A stretch of DNA of 64,000 nt from Octopus vulgaris (taxonomy: Eukaryota), in assembly GCA_951406725.2 (NCBI GenBank), contig OX597836.1, forward strand, positions 19,654,001 through 19,718,000, given 5' to 3'. Each line of letters starts with the position of its first letter. Within the stretch, counting starts at the first letter, position 1. The position numbers and the translations under genes were made by a program. The notes under the pieces are model-generated. The model saw nothing but the letters and a program-made list of their open reading frames with translations. It had not been told where the DNA came from and did not search any database. This document shows positions 51,348-64,000 of this stretch, piece after piece.

Positions 51348-53686
51348 AGAAGACTTCTTGATTTCTCCTTTAGTGATGAACCTGAGGTACAGAGAAACTT
51401 GCTCAACATTACTGATGTCTGATGGTTCATCAACAACAACAGAATATCCTAACCACTTTGTTGCATCATTTGCACTGAAGGCTAATATAACTTCAGCCAG
51501 TGCAGTAATAATTTCATTTTGAACTATTGATGAACTCTAGTTTGCAGTTTTTCTCCAAGAAATATTCTTGGATTGAAGATGTAGAAGTTCCAAAAAGCCA
51601 ACACCCTTTATCCTTAATCTTTTATTTGTTAAAGTCATTAGACTGTGGCCATGCCGGGGCACTGTCTTGAAAAATTTTTAGTCAAATGAAGCATTCCCAA
51701 TATTTAATTTTGTTAAATCTGACACTTATTCTATTGGTATCTTTTGTCGAACTACTAAGTTACAGGGTTGTAAATACACCAACACCAGTTGTCAAGTGGT
51801 GGTGGGGGGGACAGATACAGACACAAAGACACACACATATATATATGTGGAGGCGTAATGGCCTAGTGGTTAGGGCAGCAGACTCAAGGTCGTAGGATCG
51901 CGGTTTCGATTCCCAGACCAGGTGTTGTGAGTGTTTATTGAGCGAAAAACACCTTAAGCTCCACGAGGCTCCGGCAGGGAGTGGTGGTGATCCCTGCTGT
52001 ACTCTTTCACCACAACTTTCTCTCACTCTTTCTTCTGTTGGCCTGCTCACTTAGCCAGTGGGGTGGCATCATAGAAGGCTAAAACACTGCGAAGCGCATT
52101 GTGACCAGCGATGTGTAGCAACATCTGATAGCCTGGTCGGTCATGAAAAAAGAAATATATATATATAAAACAACAGCCTTCCTTCAGTTTCCATTTACCA
52201 AATCCACTCACAAGGCTATGGTTTGTCCAAGAAGAAGACATTTAATCAAGGTGCTATGCAGTGGGACTGAATCCAGACCTGTGTGGTTGGGAAGTGAGCT
52301 TCTTACTGTACAGTCACGTCTGCACCTAAGCCATGTTTAATGCTGTAAACTTTGACCTAAGATATCGCTGTTCTCATGTCACCGTTCTCTGCATGACTTC
52401 ACTGAACCATGTTTTTAGAGGGTAGTGAACAAAATGAGTCTTAATAATAATCTTTCAGTACTCTTAGTTCTGCTCTACTTACTGCTTCTCTACAACATTT
52501 ACTTGACCTAGCACCTATGTTTTGTGCTTTCTTTTTGCTCTATAGTCTATCCACGTCATCAAGTCCTCGCCGATGACAAGCATTTTTTTGTATGCATTGC
52601 AAACCATAGATATTTTTTTTCCAGTTTTCAAAAGAAAATAATGTATGACCTTGTTACAGGTCAACATAAAGTTTGACACTACTTAGTGACATAGGTCAAC
52701 CAAGGATAAATTTTAAATCATTCGCTATGGAAATCTCTCAAACTTGACCTTTTATTAAATTTCTTTTCTTTATTAAATTGTGTCAGTGACTGCTTGGTCC
52801 AGTTTCTGTGATATTATTCTGCAAGGACAACAAAAGTCAGTGAAGATTCAAGAACCACATTCATCCCATTGCCATTTGCAATACTTGAAATATTTTGAGA
52901 TTCGGAGGAACCAGATTTCCAAATGGGCCAGTCACAGGTTCAATTTTTATCTATACTGGTTTCAAACATTGGCACAAAACCAGCAATTTTGGGGGAGGGG
53001 ATAAGTCAATTACATTGTCCTTAGTACTCAACTAGTACTTATTTTGTCAACCTTGAAAGGTTGAAAGGCAAAGTGGACCTTGGTGGAATTTGAACTCAAA
53101 ATGTATAGATGGACAAGTTTTCATCTATATTGTAAGGAGTTCTTGTGCTGATGACATAAAACTCCAGGTCTGCTCTGATTGAGTAGATCTGCAATCAAAG
53201 GCTTTCCAACTGTCTCTTTTTTTTCTTTTGCATATCACACACTACATTAACACATGTGTTCTTCCTTTTTTTTAAGCTGATCAGGTATGATGAAGAGAAT
53301 TTTGCTCCTGTTTTTAGCTGATCTCTCAATGGCTAGTTGCAGCAGCAGCAGTGGTAGTTGTAGTGATGGTGGTGGTGGTGGTGGTGGTGGTGGTGGTATT
53401 GATTTTAAATATTTTATATCACAGTTAGGTGTTTCCAATGGACCAATGTTTGATTTAATACATTTCTGATGTGCACTTTGGCTTCTATTGTTAAAAAAAA
53501 ATAAACCGGTTTCTCAGTTTTTCTCAAGATGAGGATCTTTGCTAGCTGTACATTAGTAATGTGTGTGTGTGTGCATGTGTATGAATATAATGGGAAGCTT
53601 TATGAAAATAAACAAAAGACGAAGGCAGGTGGAATACAAACAAACAATTGTATTAGTATGGCGCTCAGGAATATAAATAAAACAAG

Positions 53687-53724
53687 TCTTTTACGTTTCG
53701 AGCCTACGCTCTTCAACAGAAAGA
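53687..53724 (-). ncRNA. Predicted minimal hammerhead ribozyme, A6U core variant
   Basis: TCTTT-CTGTTGA-A-GAGC(GTAG)GCTC-GAAACGTA-AAAGA. Confidence 0.55.
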
Positions 53725-53826
53725 TACACAGAAAAGAAACACGGAGAGAAACAAGGAGAGAAAAAAAATGTGTGCAGAAGCTAGTGAATCAACATGGCGA
53801 TCTGTATGAATATATATGTGTGTGTG

Positions 53827-53876
<50 letters not shown>

Positions 53877-53978
53877 GGAGTAAGCACATAAATGTGAAAC
53901 AAGGTGGAAAAAAGAGTACTCAAATACCAGAGGTAGAGTAATATGTTTTATTTAAAAGCAGCAGAAGTATAACAGAAG

Positions 53979-54016
53979 CTGTTACTCTGAGTTTCACGTT
54001 CCCGTTCGTCGGACAG
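53979..54016 (-). ncRNA. Predicted minimal type I hammerhead ribozyme, U4C core variant
   Basis: CTGT-CCGACGA-ACG(GGAA)CGT-GAA-ACTC(A)GAGT-A-ACAG: stems I, II, III all pair in register; GUA cleavage triplet. Confidence 0.65.
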
Positions 54017-54042
54017 TTTTGTTTATATATATATATATATAT

Positions 54043-54900
54043 CATCATTATCATCATCATTTAACATTCGCTTTCCATGCTAGCATGGGTTGGACAATTT
54101 GACTGAGGTCTGGCGAACCAGATTCCAATCTGATCTGGCAGAGTTTCTACAGCTGGATGCCCTTCCTAATGCCAACCACTCCGAGAGTGTAGTGGGTGCT
54201 TTTACGTGCCACCAGGACGAGGGCCAGTTTGGTGGTACTGGCAACAGCCACACCCAAATGGTGCTTTTTACGTGCCACCTGCACAGGAGCCAGTCCAGCG
54301 GCACTGGCAACGACCTCGCTTGAATATTTCACATGCCACCAGCACAAGTGCTGGTAAGGCGATGCGGTAACGATCACACTTGAATGGTGTGCTTAACGTG
54401 CCATCGGCACAGAGGCCAGCTTGTTGCTCTGGCAACAATCTCACTCGTATGGTACTCTAAGCGCTCCACTAGCAACAGATGCCAGTCACCGAATTTGATT
54501 TCACCTTCGATTTCACTTGCCTCAACTGGTCATCGCAAGCAGAGTTTAGTGTCCAATGAAGAAAAGGCACGCACAAGTGGACTGGTTACACCCCTAGCAT
54601 AGGCCACAAGGTTATGGTCACACTTGCGCTTGTCGAGTCTTCTGCAGCACAACATATTTCCAGAGGTCCAGGTCACTAATCATTGCCTCAGTGAGGCCCA
54701 ATGTTTGAAGGTCATGTTTCACCACCTCATCCCAGGTCTTCCTGGGCCTACCTCTTCCACAGGTTCCCTCAACTGCTAGGGTGTGGCACTTTTTCACACA
54801 GTTATCAACATCCATTCTCGCCACATGACCATACCAGCGCAATCGTCTCTCTTGCACACCACATCTGATGCTTCTTAGGTCCAACCTTTCTCTCAGGGCA
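54043..54900 (-). mobile_element. 5'-truncated RTE-like LINE: ORF2 C-terminus + 3' UTR array + (GAT)n tail
   Basis: ORF 54618-54884 RRLRWYGHVARM...GRGRPRKTWDEVVKHDL is the typical post-RT C-terminus of RTE-clade LINEs; continues into the shared tail ...CCAACCCATGCTAGCATGGAAAGC..GTTAAA(TGA)n. Confidence 0.85.
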
Positions 54901-55044
54901 CTAAATTGTTATTTCTCAGCAGCAATCTAGTTGATTTTTTTTTGGATTTTTTTTAATACTTATATTTTTGGATTGGATATTGTTTTCTCATTTCCTTGTA
55001 AGCAACCTTTCAGGTTTAACTTGAACACCCTGTGTATTTATATA

Positions 55045-55485
55045 TCATCATCATCATCATCTTCATTTAGCGTCCGCTTTCCATGCTAGCATGGGTTGGA
55101 TGGTTCAACTGGGGTCTGTGAAGCCAGAAGGCTGCATCAGGCCCAGTCTGATCTGGCAGTGTTTCTACGGCTGGATGCCCTTCCTAACGCCAACCACTCC
55201 GTGAGTGTAGTGGGTGCTTTTTACGTGCCACCCGCACAGGTGCCAGACGGAGCTGGCAAACGGCCACAAACGGATGGTGCTTTTACGTGCCACCAGCACA
55301 GGGGCCAGGCGAGGCTGGCAACGGCCACGAACGGATGGTGCTTTTACGTGCTACCGGCACGAGGCCAGTCGGAGCGGCGCTGGCAACGGTCACGAACGGA
55401 TGGTTCTCTTACGTGCCACCGGCATTTGTAACTCAGCTGCAATTTCCATTGATTGATTTCGATTCTGATCCTCACTTGCCTCAGA
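55045..55485 (-). mobile_element. RTE-like LINE 3' end (four repeat units)
   Basis: Closely similar to reverse complement of 44120-44520. Confidence 0.85.
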
Positions 55486-57486
55486 ATCGAAATCTGAGAT
55501 ATGTATATATATCTATATCTATCTATCTGTCTGTCTGTCTATCTGTCTGTCCATGCCGACATAAAAAATCAGATATTAGATGATGACAATGACGATGACA
55601 ATGATAGTGATGCATGTATGTGAGTGTGTGAGTGTGTGTGTGCGTGCGCGCATGTGTGTGTTTGTATGTGTGTGCATGCGCGTGCGCGTTTGTTTATTCA
55701 TGATAGAAAACCCTGCTTGAAGTGTTAGAAAACTCCTCTTCTCTTGTTACACACTAATATCATATTTAAAAATTTTATAGAACCCTGTTTTCCTCTAAGA
55801 AGGAATGAGAATGAGGGTGAGAGAGAGAGAGAGAGAGACTGATAGACTGATACAGAGATGTTGCACATTTTGCAATATTCAGTTAGTTTATGCTACAGGA
55901 GTTATATAAGAGCTATATATTTATTTATCTACACACCAGGAGGTGTAGATTTGTTTTTAGGTTCTTCAGACAACTTAATGTCATTCATACACATGGGGCC
56001 TGCGAATATATATATACATATGAAGGTATAAAAGTATGCATCTATGTATGCATGCATAATATGAATATGTATATGTGTGTATGAATGTAAGTATGTATGT
56101 ATGCAAGTATATGTGTATGCAGTGTGTGTGTATGTAAGTGTGTATATATATTCTTGTATGAATGTATGTATGTATCCATATATGTATGTATATACATATG
56201 CATGCATGCATGTATGTATAAATGAATGCATGCCTGAATGTATGCATGCATACATGTATGCATATTTATACCTGCATGTATGCATGCATATATATACATA
56301 TGTATGCATGCACACAATTATGCCACCACATAAATACATCATCTCAAACACAAGAACAGTCTTAGATATCATTGCATACAAAATGCCTTAGTCAATATCT
56401 CTCTCTATCTTCATCGTCATCATCATCGTTTAACGTCTACTTTCCATGCTAGCATGGGCTGGACGGTTTGACTGTGGGCTGGCGAACCAGATGGCTGCAC
56501 CAGGCTCCAGTCTTGATCTGGCAGAGTTTCTACAGCTGGATACCCTTCCTAATGCCAACCACTCCGAGAGTGTAGTGGGTGCTTTTACGTGCCACCGGCA
56601 CGGGGGCCAGTCAGGGGCAACAACCTCGCTCGAATTTTTTTTTAAAAGAAAACACATAAGGTGCTGTGCAGTGGGACTGAACCCAAGACTACATGATTGA
56701 AAAGCATGCCTGCACCTATATCGTAGGATATATTTTCATCCTTCCCAAAGCATCTTTTGAGACATTCTGAGAAACACTGAGGCCATTGATTAAAATGTAG
56801 TTAGACTGGTTTGTTGTTTACCTTCATTTTTATACTCAGGTGAGAATATTTATCTTGGCCATGCTCCATTTCAATATTCTATGAGTCTGATGGAACCAGG
56901 TTAATGTTCTAGTTCTTCATTGTGCCATTCATATTTTTGGCATGCACTTTTAGGTCATCCATAAAGAAGCTATGCATCAGGCTGGTGTATCTGTCTTCCT
57001 GGGAGCCAATTACATAAACTCGTATAAGTATGATTGTAGGTATGTTCATTTTATTTTCCTATTTATTTAATTTCTTCCTAGAAAGAAGAAGATGGTTTCC
57101 AACAAAAACTCCATCATTGGAATTTGAATACTGACAACAATAATTGTCATATATTGAACTTTAAGAAAGTCTTGCATATTTTTATAGTTCCACTTACTGA
57201 CTGTATCAATAACCTGTATGCTAACTGGTCTCTTTGAATGAAAATCCTAGTTTCTCCTTGGTGGAATGTCATATATATATATGTATGTATGTATGTATGT
57301 ATATATATATGTATGTATGTATATATGTATGTATGTATGCATGTATGTATGTATGTATGTATGTAGACATATATTTTTTTTTTTACAAAACTAATAAACC
57401 GTGATGTTTTCCTCCCCCCAGTTGTAGAGAGGTTATGTGCCTCCAACCATTTGAGTCTAATGTGTCTCCTTGACATATAGTAATAT

Positions 57487-57539
<53 letters not shown>

Positions 57540-58084
57540 CAAATTTGATGATATTTTTTTATGTCTCCTTTTTCCAGGAACAACTTGATGTATTGGTGAA
57601 CAGTCAACAACACTAGAGAGCATAAAGGTTAAAGTTGTAGTTGAGGAAAAGTTAGCTGACATAGAGGACTGGAAGCAATCTGAATATTGGAAAAGAGTTA
57701 CCTGTATCATGGTGATTCATGCCAGGTATCAAAATGCCATCAGGTATCAAAATGCCATCATTTTACTGCTCAATGCTCTCATCATCATCATAATCATCGT
57801 TTAACGTCCACTTTCCATGCTAGCATGGGTGGGACGATTGACTGAGGGCTGGCGAACCAGATGGCTGCACCAGGCTTCAATCTTGATCTGGCAGAGTTTC
57901 TACAGCTGGATGCCCTTCCTAACACCAACCACTCCGAGAGTGTAGTGGGTGCTTTTACGTGCCACTGGCACGGGGCCAGTCAGGCGGTACTGGCAACAAC
58001 CTCGCTTGAATCTTTTACACATGCACCGGCACAGTGCCAATAAGGCGATGCTGGTAACAATCACGCTCTATATATACTTAAAGG

Positions 58085-59035
58085 TTGTAAGACATATCCC
58101 ATATATCATGAAAACCAAGTTTCTGCAAACTGTGATGGTCTTTGGGTGTTTCTTTGGTGAGGGTCATATCATGCCACACCACATCTTTGAACAAGTCCTC
58201 AGGCTCAATTCATATAACTATGTGAAGCTGCTGCATGCTGTGGTCAAACCCTGGCAGAAGAAGGTTGCTGGTGGATGGCCATATGTGTGGCAGCAGGAAT
58301 TGGCTCCTTCTTATATCTCCAAAAAGAGCCAGATGTGGTTGTCAGAAAATTTCTATGACTTCACCATCTTCAATTTTTGGCCTTCTAATTCCCTTGATTG
58401 TAATCCCATGGATTACTATGTGTGGAGTATGATTGAGAAAGACACCATCTGTTCTACCTGCAACATTGAGCTAGTTGTGGAGGCACATGGCCTAGTGGTT
58501 AGAGCAGCAGACTCGCGGTCGCAGGATCGCGGGTTCGAATCTCAGTCCGGGCGATGTGTGTGTGTTTATGAGCAAAACACCTAAGCTACACGCGGCACCG
58601 GCAGAAGTTAATGGCGAAACTTCTGCTGACTCTTTCACCACAACTTTCTCTCACTCTTTCCTCCTGCATCTTGCAGCTCACCTGCGATGGACCGGCGTCC
58701 CGTCTAGGTGGGGAACCTATGCGCCAAGGAAACCGGGAAACAGGCCCTTATGAGCCGGGCATGGCTCGAGAAGGAACAAACAACATTGAGCTAGTGGCCG
58801 AGACCAAGGAGGTATTTGAAGATCTTCCTGGGAACACAGTGAGGAATGCATACTCAGGTTCTGGAGTCATCTTGAAACTGCAATAGAAACTGGGGATGGC
58901 TACTTTGAGTAAACTGTTATTTCCCAGCCATAAATATTGAATTATGAGTAAAAATATTCTGCCTTTTTGGGAGTAAGAAATCTGGATTTCAGTGATGTCC
59001 ATGCTCTTATTTGAAGAACTTTTGCTGAAGACCAC
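58085..59035 (+). pseudogene. Tc1/mariner (maT/DD37D-like) transposase remnant, SINE-interrupted
   Basis: VMVFG...YVWQQELAPSY...WPSNSLDCNPMDYYVW, matching QQDxAPxH and SPDxNPxDY motifs. Confidence 0.8.
58476..58780 (+). mobile_element. tRNA-derived SINE with 15 bp TSD
   Basis: TGGCCTAGTGG A box, GGTTCGAATC B box; TSD CAACATTGAGCTAGT at 58461-58475 and 58781-58795. Relatives at 51846-52144, 62187-62510, 34243-34352 (-). Confidence 0.9.
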
Positions 59036-59427
59036 AACGCATAACCTGGTCCAGGAATCAAAATCATGATCTTACCATTTGTGGGTTTAATACCCCAAGT
59101 TCTCAATATTTGAAGTATGTATTTTTATTGACCCCACAAAAAGGTGAACGATTAAGTTGACCTCAGCAGGATTAGAATTCAAAGGTGGAAACCTAAAAAA
59201 CAAAAGAAAAACACATCTAGTTGATATTTTTTATTTTTTTAAACTCTCTATTTTTGGATGGGATATTGTTTTCATTTTCTTTTATGCAAACTGTCAAGTT
59301 TAACCCAAACACTCGGCAATATAACAACTAAAAACTTATACCTATATAGGTGGGGAGGGAGGAACAAGCCCTTCTTTGGTGTGAGAAGTAGCATTAGGCA
59401 TAGTATAGTAGTTGTAGTAGCAGCAGC

Positions 59428-60385
59428 AGCAGCAGACTTGGTGGTGGTATTATTAGTGACACAGTGGTGGGTGTGACTGTCTTCATATGGTGGTGATGGT
59501 GGTGGTAGTGGTGGTTGTGGTTGTGGTTACAGTGATGATTGGTTTTTCTGTTTTGACACAGGTCAATATAGATCAAATAGATCTCTGATCAAAGGCTTTC
59601 CAGCCATGGCCATCAAGACCTTTATTTAGAAATAGTATATCTAGTGTGTCTGTTTAAATTTCTATATATTTCTAAGACAGTGATCTAAAGGTGATTTTGC
59701 TGTAAAATTCTGTGGTATGAGTGACTGGTTGAAACAATGGGGAAAGATTAAACTAAAAAATGTCACGTGACCACACATGCACACACACACGCGTGCACAC
59801 ACACACACATCCATCCATGTGTGTGTACACATACACACATCAGTTGGTTCATCTGTTGAAATCCACCTTTCCTTCACAAAATTCAGTAAAGGTTATACAA
59901 ACAAACAAGCAGCAGACTTGGTGGTATTAATATTAGTGACACAGTGGTGGGTGTGACTGTCTTCATATGGTGGTGATGGTGGTGGTGGTGGTGGTGTGTG
60001 TGTGTGTGTGTGTGTGTGTTTGTGTGTATTTATACAGTTCAGTATATATAAATGGCTCTGATCCTTTCCAGCATGGCCATCAGCTCATAAGCTGAAACTA
60101 GAATCAATCAATCAATGTATGTATTATATCTCTCTATATATTTCTAAGACAGTGATCTAAAGGTGATTTTGCTGTAAAATTCTGTGGTATGAGTGACTGG
60201 TTGAAACAATGGGGAAAGATTAAACTAGAAAATGTCACGTGACCACACATGCACACACACACACACGCGTGCACACACACACACACACATACATCCATGT
60301 GTGTGTACACATACACACATCAGTTGGTTCATCTGCTGAAATCCACCTTTCCTTCACAAAATTCAGTAAAGGTTATACAAACAAA
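59428..60385. repeat. Local duplication with ~475 bp period
   Basis: 59661-59905 recurs at 60133-60385; 59428-59510 recurs at 59908-59990; the middle segments differ. Confidence 0.88.
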
Positions 60386-60506
60386 CCACACCACCATCAC
60401 CACCATTGCTACAACTTCAGCTTTTCCAACTTCAAATTCAACTGTATGTATGAGTGTGACTGTGTGTGTGTGAGTGTGTGTGTGTGTGTGTCTGTGTGTA
60501 TATATG

Positions 60507-60555
<49 letters not shown>

Positions 60556-62689
60556 TATACATATATATATATACACACACATATAAAATCAAAATAAGCC
60601 ACAGAGATTTTTCAGCTACTTAGGTCTATGCAGGATGGTTCTATAATATCCATATAAAAGTATAAATATTTGTATATGTGTATATATGCATATATGTGCA
60701 TAACCTATCAACCTCCTTGCTCTCATAAATCATTATTTTGCTTCTTTGTAAATAATACTTTTCAGTTACTTAAGTCTATGCGAGATGGTTATACGATATC
60801 CATATAAATGTATAAATATTTGTGTATGTGTGTGTGTGTGCATGTGTGTACATATATAAATATGTGTCTGTATCTGTACACATTTTATTTTTTCTGATTC
60901 TTGGCTTATAATTAATATATAGATAGCATATTTATCTTTCCAGTATTCCGTAAGTAAATGCCCTGAGCAGTCTTTATAGAAACCACCTAATAAGTAATTA
61001 ATTAAGTACAGGAATGAATATTAAACTGATTCTATGTAATCTTTCCTTTTTAGTGTTGATAATTGATACATACACACATTTGACCTATTTTGGTTATGAT
61101 ATCATTTTTGATAATCTTAAATTTTATTTTTATACAACAAGGAAGGGCATCCAGCTGTAGAAACACTGCCAGATCAGACTGGGCCTGGTGCAGCCTTCTG
61201 GCTTCCCAGACCCCAGTTGAACCGTCCAACCCATGCTAGCATGGAAAGCGGACGTTAAACGATGATGATGATGATAATTATATTGATTATAAACAATCAC
61301 CCATCGTACCCCAAGATAAAATTTCCTCTGTATTAACATCCTAGGTTTTATTTGCGTCTTGCCCCTTTAACTAGTAAATAACATCATGATTTAGATACAC
61401 GTACGTATTTTACCCATCGCTCCGTTCTGAGTTCGAATTCTGCTGTGGTTAACTTTGCCTTTCATCCTTTTGCAGTCAATAAAATAAGTACCAGTTGAAA
61501 ACTGGGGTTGGTGTAATCGACTAGTCCCCTCCTCACAAATTTGAAGCCTTGTGCCTCCAGTAGAAAGAATTATTATTATTACTATTACTATAGTTGTTAT
61601 TGTTGTTGTTTCTAATTTAGGCACAAGGCCAGTGACCCAATATTTCAGAAGCACAAATCCAGAAATTTGTAGGTGACTGTTTAGTCAAGTAAAACATTTT
61701 TCTGTTTTGCTGTACTGAGGGCAACAACATGAATTGCCATTGATGCATAAAAACATCAAATATAATTTGACAAAAGGTTGATGAAAAGGAATCCAAAATG
61801 AGGGTTAGTGACAATTTATTCCAAAGATGATACTAAAAAACATTTGGGTATAAATTATGAATTTGGTTGTGTGGTTAAGAAGTTCACTTTACAACCATGT
61901 GGCTTCAGGTTCAGTACCAATGCATGGCACCTTAGGCAAGTATCTGTTTATTAGCTGCAGGCTAACCAATGGCTTGTGAGTGTGTTTCGTGGACAGAAAT
62001 TGTGTGGAAGTTTGTTGTATATATATACACATATATACATACATACAAATTATGGGGGTTTAGTTCACTGGTGATTTAAATGATTGGGTACGCTAGACAA
62101 GTGCTGTAACAGATTACTGGGACTCCAAGACAGTAGTTATGGAGCCATTGCAGATTTCCGATGCAGCGGATATATAATCGTTAAACAGGATCGCGGCTTC
62201 GATTCCCAGACCGGGCGTTGTGTGTATTTATTGAGCAAAAACACCTAAAGCTCCACGAGGCTCCGGCAGGGGGGGTGGGGGTGGCAACCCCTGTTGTACT
62301 CTTTCGCTCCAACATTCTCTCACTCTTTCTTCCTGTTTCTTGTCCCCGACTTCCTACGCGACCGCTGAGCCTGGATGCGCATTCATCCATCCGTCAATGC
62401 TCTCGGTGTCAGGGGTTGACCTCCTTTCTCTTCTGCGGGTCTTACAAATAGCAAAGGACCACATTTCGAACTTCTCCCATCTTGCGAGCTCTGGGACAAA
62501 GACCGTTTGCTCAACAGCAACAGCAGCACCACCACCACCACCACCACCACTACCACCACCATGAACAACAACAACAACCTTGAGATGGGTTTATAAAAAG
62601 AGAAACAGAGAAGAAAAAGTTAAAAGGCATATGGAAACTGGTTTGAATGTTTAGAGTATGGTTCACCCAAAATTTTTGAAATATTTTTG

Positions 62690-62697
62690 ACAGTCTG

Positions 62698-62749
<52 letters not shown>

Positions 62750-62793
62750 CCAATCTATCCGTGCATCCGTCCGTCCGTCTGTCTGTCGATCTG

Positions 62794-62859
<66 letters not shown>

Positions 62860-62889
62860 CACCAATCAATCCATCCGTCCACCTGCTTT

Positions 62890-62920
<31 letters not shown>

Positions 62921-62957
62921 CTCTGTCCGTCCGTCTGTCTGTCTGTCTCTCCATCCG

Positions 62958-62989
<32 letters not shown>

Positions 62990-63029
62990 ACTATCTATCT
63001 ATCTATCTATCTATCTACGGATCTATCTA
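62690..63029. repeat. Compound (CTAT)n/(CTGT)n/(CCGT)n microsatellite
   Basis: Direct inspection. Other long simple repeats: (TG)n 973-1015, (TA)n/(GA)n 6442-6517, (TA)n 41745-41828 and 47081-47137, (TATG)n-like 56030-56315, (TAG)/(CAT)n 47795-48040. Confidence 0.95.
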
Positions 63030-63465
63030 CAGTGGCGGATGCAGGGGTGTTGCCCTAGTTGCCCAGGCAACACCCTTTCTAGCTGAGCCAACATAGAAGA
63101 ATTGTGACCAACGCTTAAGACTGGATAAAATTTTGAAAATACAAGCTTGAACTTTAATGAATGGTTCCGTTGTTTTCATTAACTTGGATTATAAAGTGAA
63201 CATATTATTAAGTTATGACACACAAATGTAGTTTGCCACTACTTTCCATAGGTAAATCAATACTCACAGCACCTTTGCAAATATAATTGTTATTTTTATT
63301 TCCAGCAGTTTCACAGCGTTACTGTTTCGTATGCATATGATCTGATACAACAAAGAACACATAAAAATGTCTCCATTTGTTATGAACTGCGATTCCCACA
63401 TTATATAGTAATTTTTGAAAACTTTTGGGCAACACCCCAAAAAGAAAATCCTGGATCTCCCCCTG
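63030..63465. mobile_element. hAT-like MITE inserted in (CTAT)n tract
   Basis: Imperfect TIRs CAGTGGCGGATGCAGG / CCTGGATCTCCCCCTG plus subterminal GGGGTGTTGCCC / GGGCAACACCCC; TSD ambiguous in the microsatellite. Confidence 0.7.
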
Positions 63466-63639
63466 GTCTATGTATGTTTGTAACTTGTTTAGCCACCCAT
63501 TTGTCCATCCGTTTGTCTGTCTGTCTGTCTGTCTATTTGTCTATTTATTTATCCATCCATCCATCAACCTGTCTGACGGCCTGCCTGTTTATCTGTCAGT
63601 CTGTCTGTCTGTCTCTCTCTGTCTCTCTCTCTCTCTCTA

Positions 63640-63990
63640 CTCTTTACTCTTTTACTTGTTTCAGTCATTTGACTGTGGCCATGCTGGAGCACCGCCTTTA
63701 ATCGAGGAAATCGACCCCAGGACTTATTCTTTGTAAGCCTAGTTTGCCGAACCGCTAAGCGATGTTGGGAGGACAAACAGACACGCAACACGCACATATA
63801 TATATATATATATATATACATATATAAGACGGGCTTCTTTCAGTTTTTCGTCTACCAAATCCACTCACAAGGCTTTGGTCAGCCCGAGGCTATAGTAGGA
63901 GACACTTTCCCAAGGTACCACGCAGTGGGACTGAACCCGGAACCATGTGGTTAGTAAGCAAGCTACTTACCCACACAGTCACTCCAGCAC
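63640..63990 (-). mobile_element. Same SINE family
   Basis: Matches 5368-5771 with internal deletions. Confidence 0.88.
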
Positions 63991-64000
63991 CTCTCTCTAA

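Noticed and set aside
57555-57730. Strong plus-strand splice acceptor (TTTTTCCAG|GAAC) as a coding exon of a second gene
   Set aside because: Stops in all three frames within 40 nt; no partner exons found. A non-coding exon cannot be excluded.

Overview
AT-rich, repeat-dense eukaryotic DNA; the SINE/LINE families and (TA)n/(CA)n/(CAT)n load point to an octopus (cephalopod) genome (inference). One real host gene is visible: a nuclear lamin on the minus strand, whose first seven coding exons I assembled by hand with GT-AG junctions and consistent phases (37710-37295, 10459-10327, 9194-9045, 6147-5980, 4523-4398, 2782-2562, 673-457; 1431 nt = 477 codons; the gene runs off the left edge). Intron 1 is about 26.8 kb. 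The rest is nested mobile DNA: tRNA-derived SINEs, RTE/CR1 LINE remnants, a Penelope-like element (PLE), mariner and Tc1/maT relics, piggyBac/hAT/Merlin-type MITEs, Helitron-like elements and microsatellites. Most ORFs in the track are repeat artefacts. The most interesting signals are RNA-structural and are predictions only: (i) several minimal hammerhead-ribozyme motifs with variant cores in short elements, mostly inside (TA)n tracts; (ii) a hammerhead-like motif whose three strands are in a non-circularly permuted order, in both arms of a 1.07 kb inverted-repeat element; (iii) a variable-number array of hairpin + compact H-type pseudoknot units in the 3' UTR of an RTE-like LINE.
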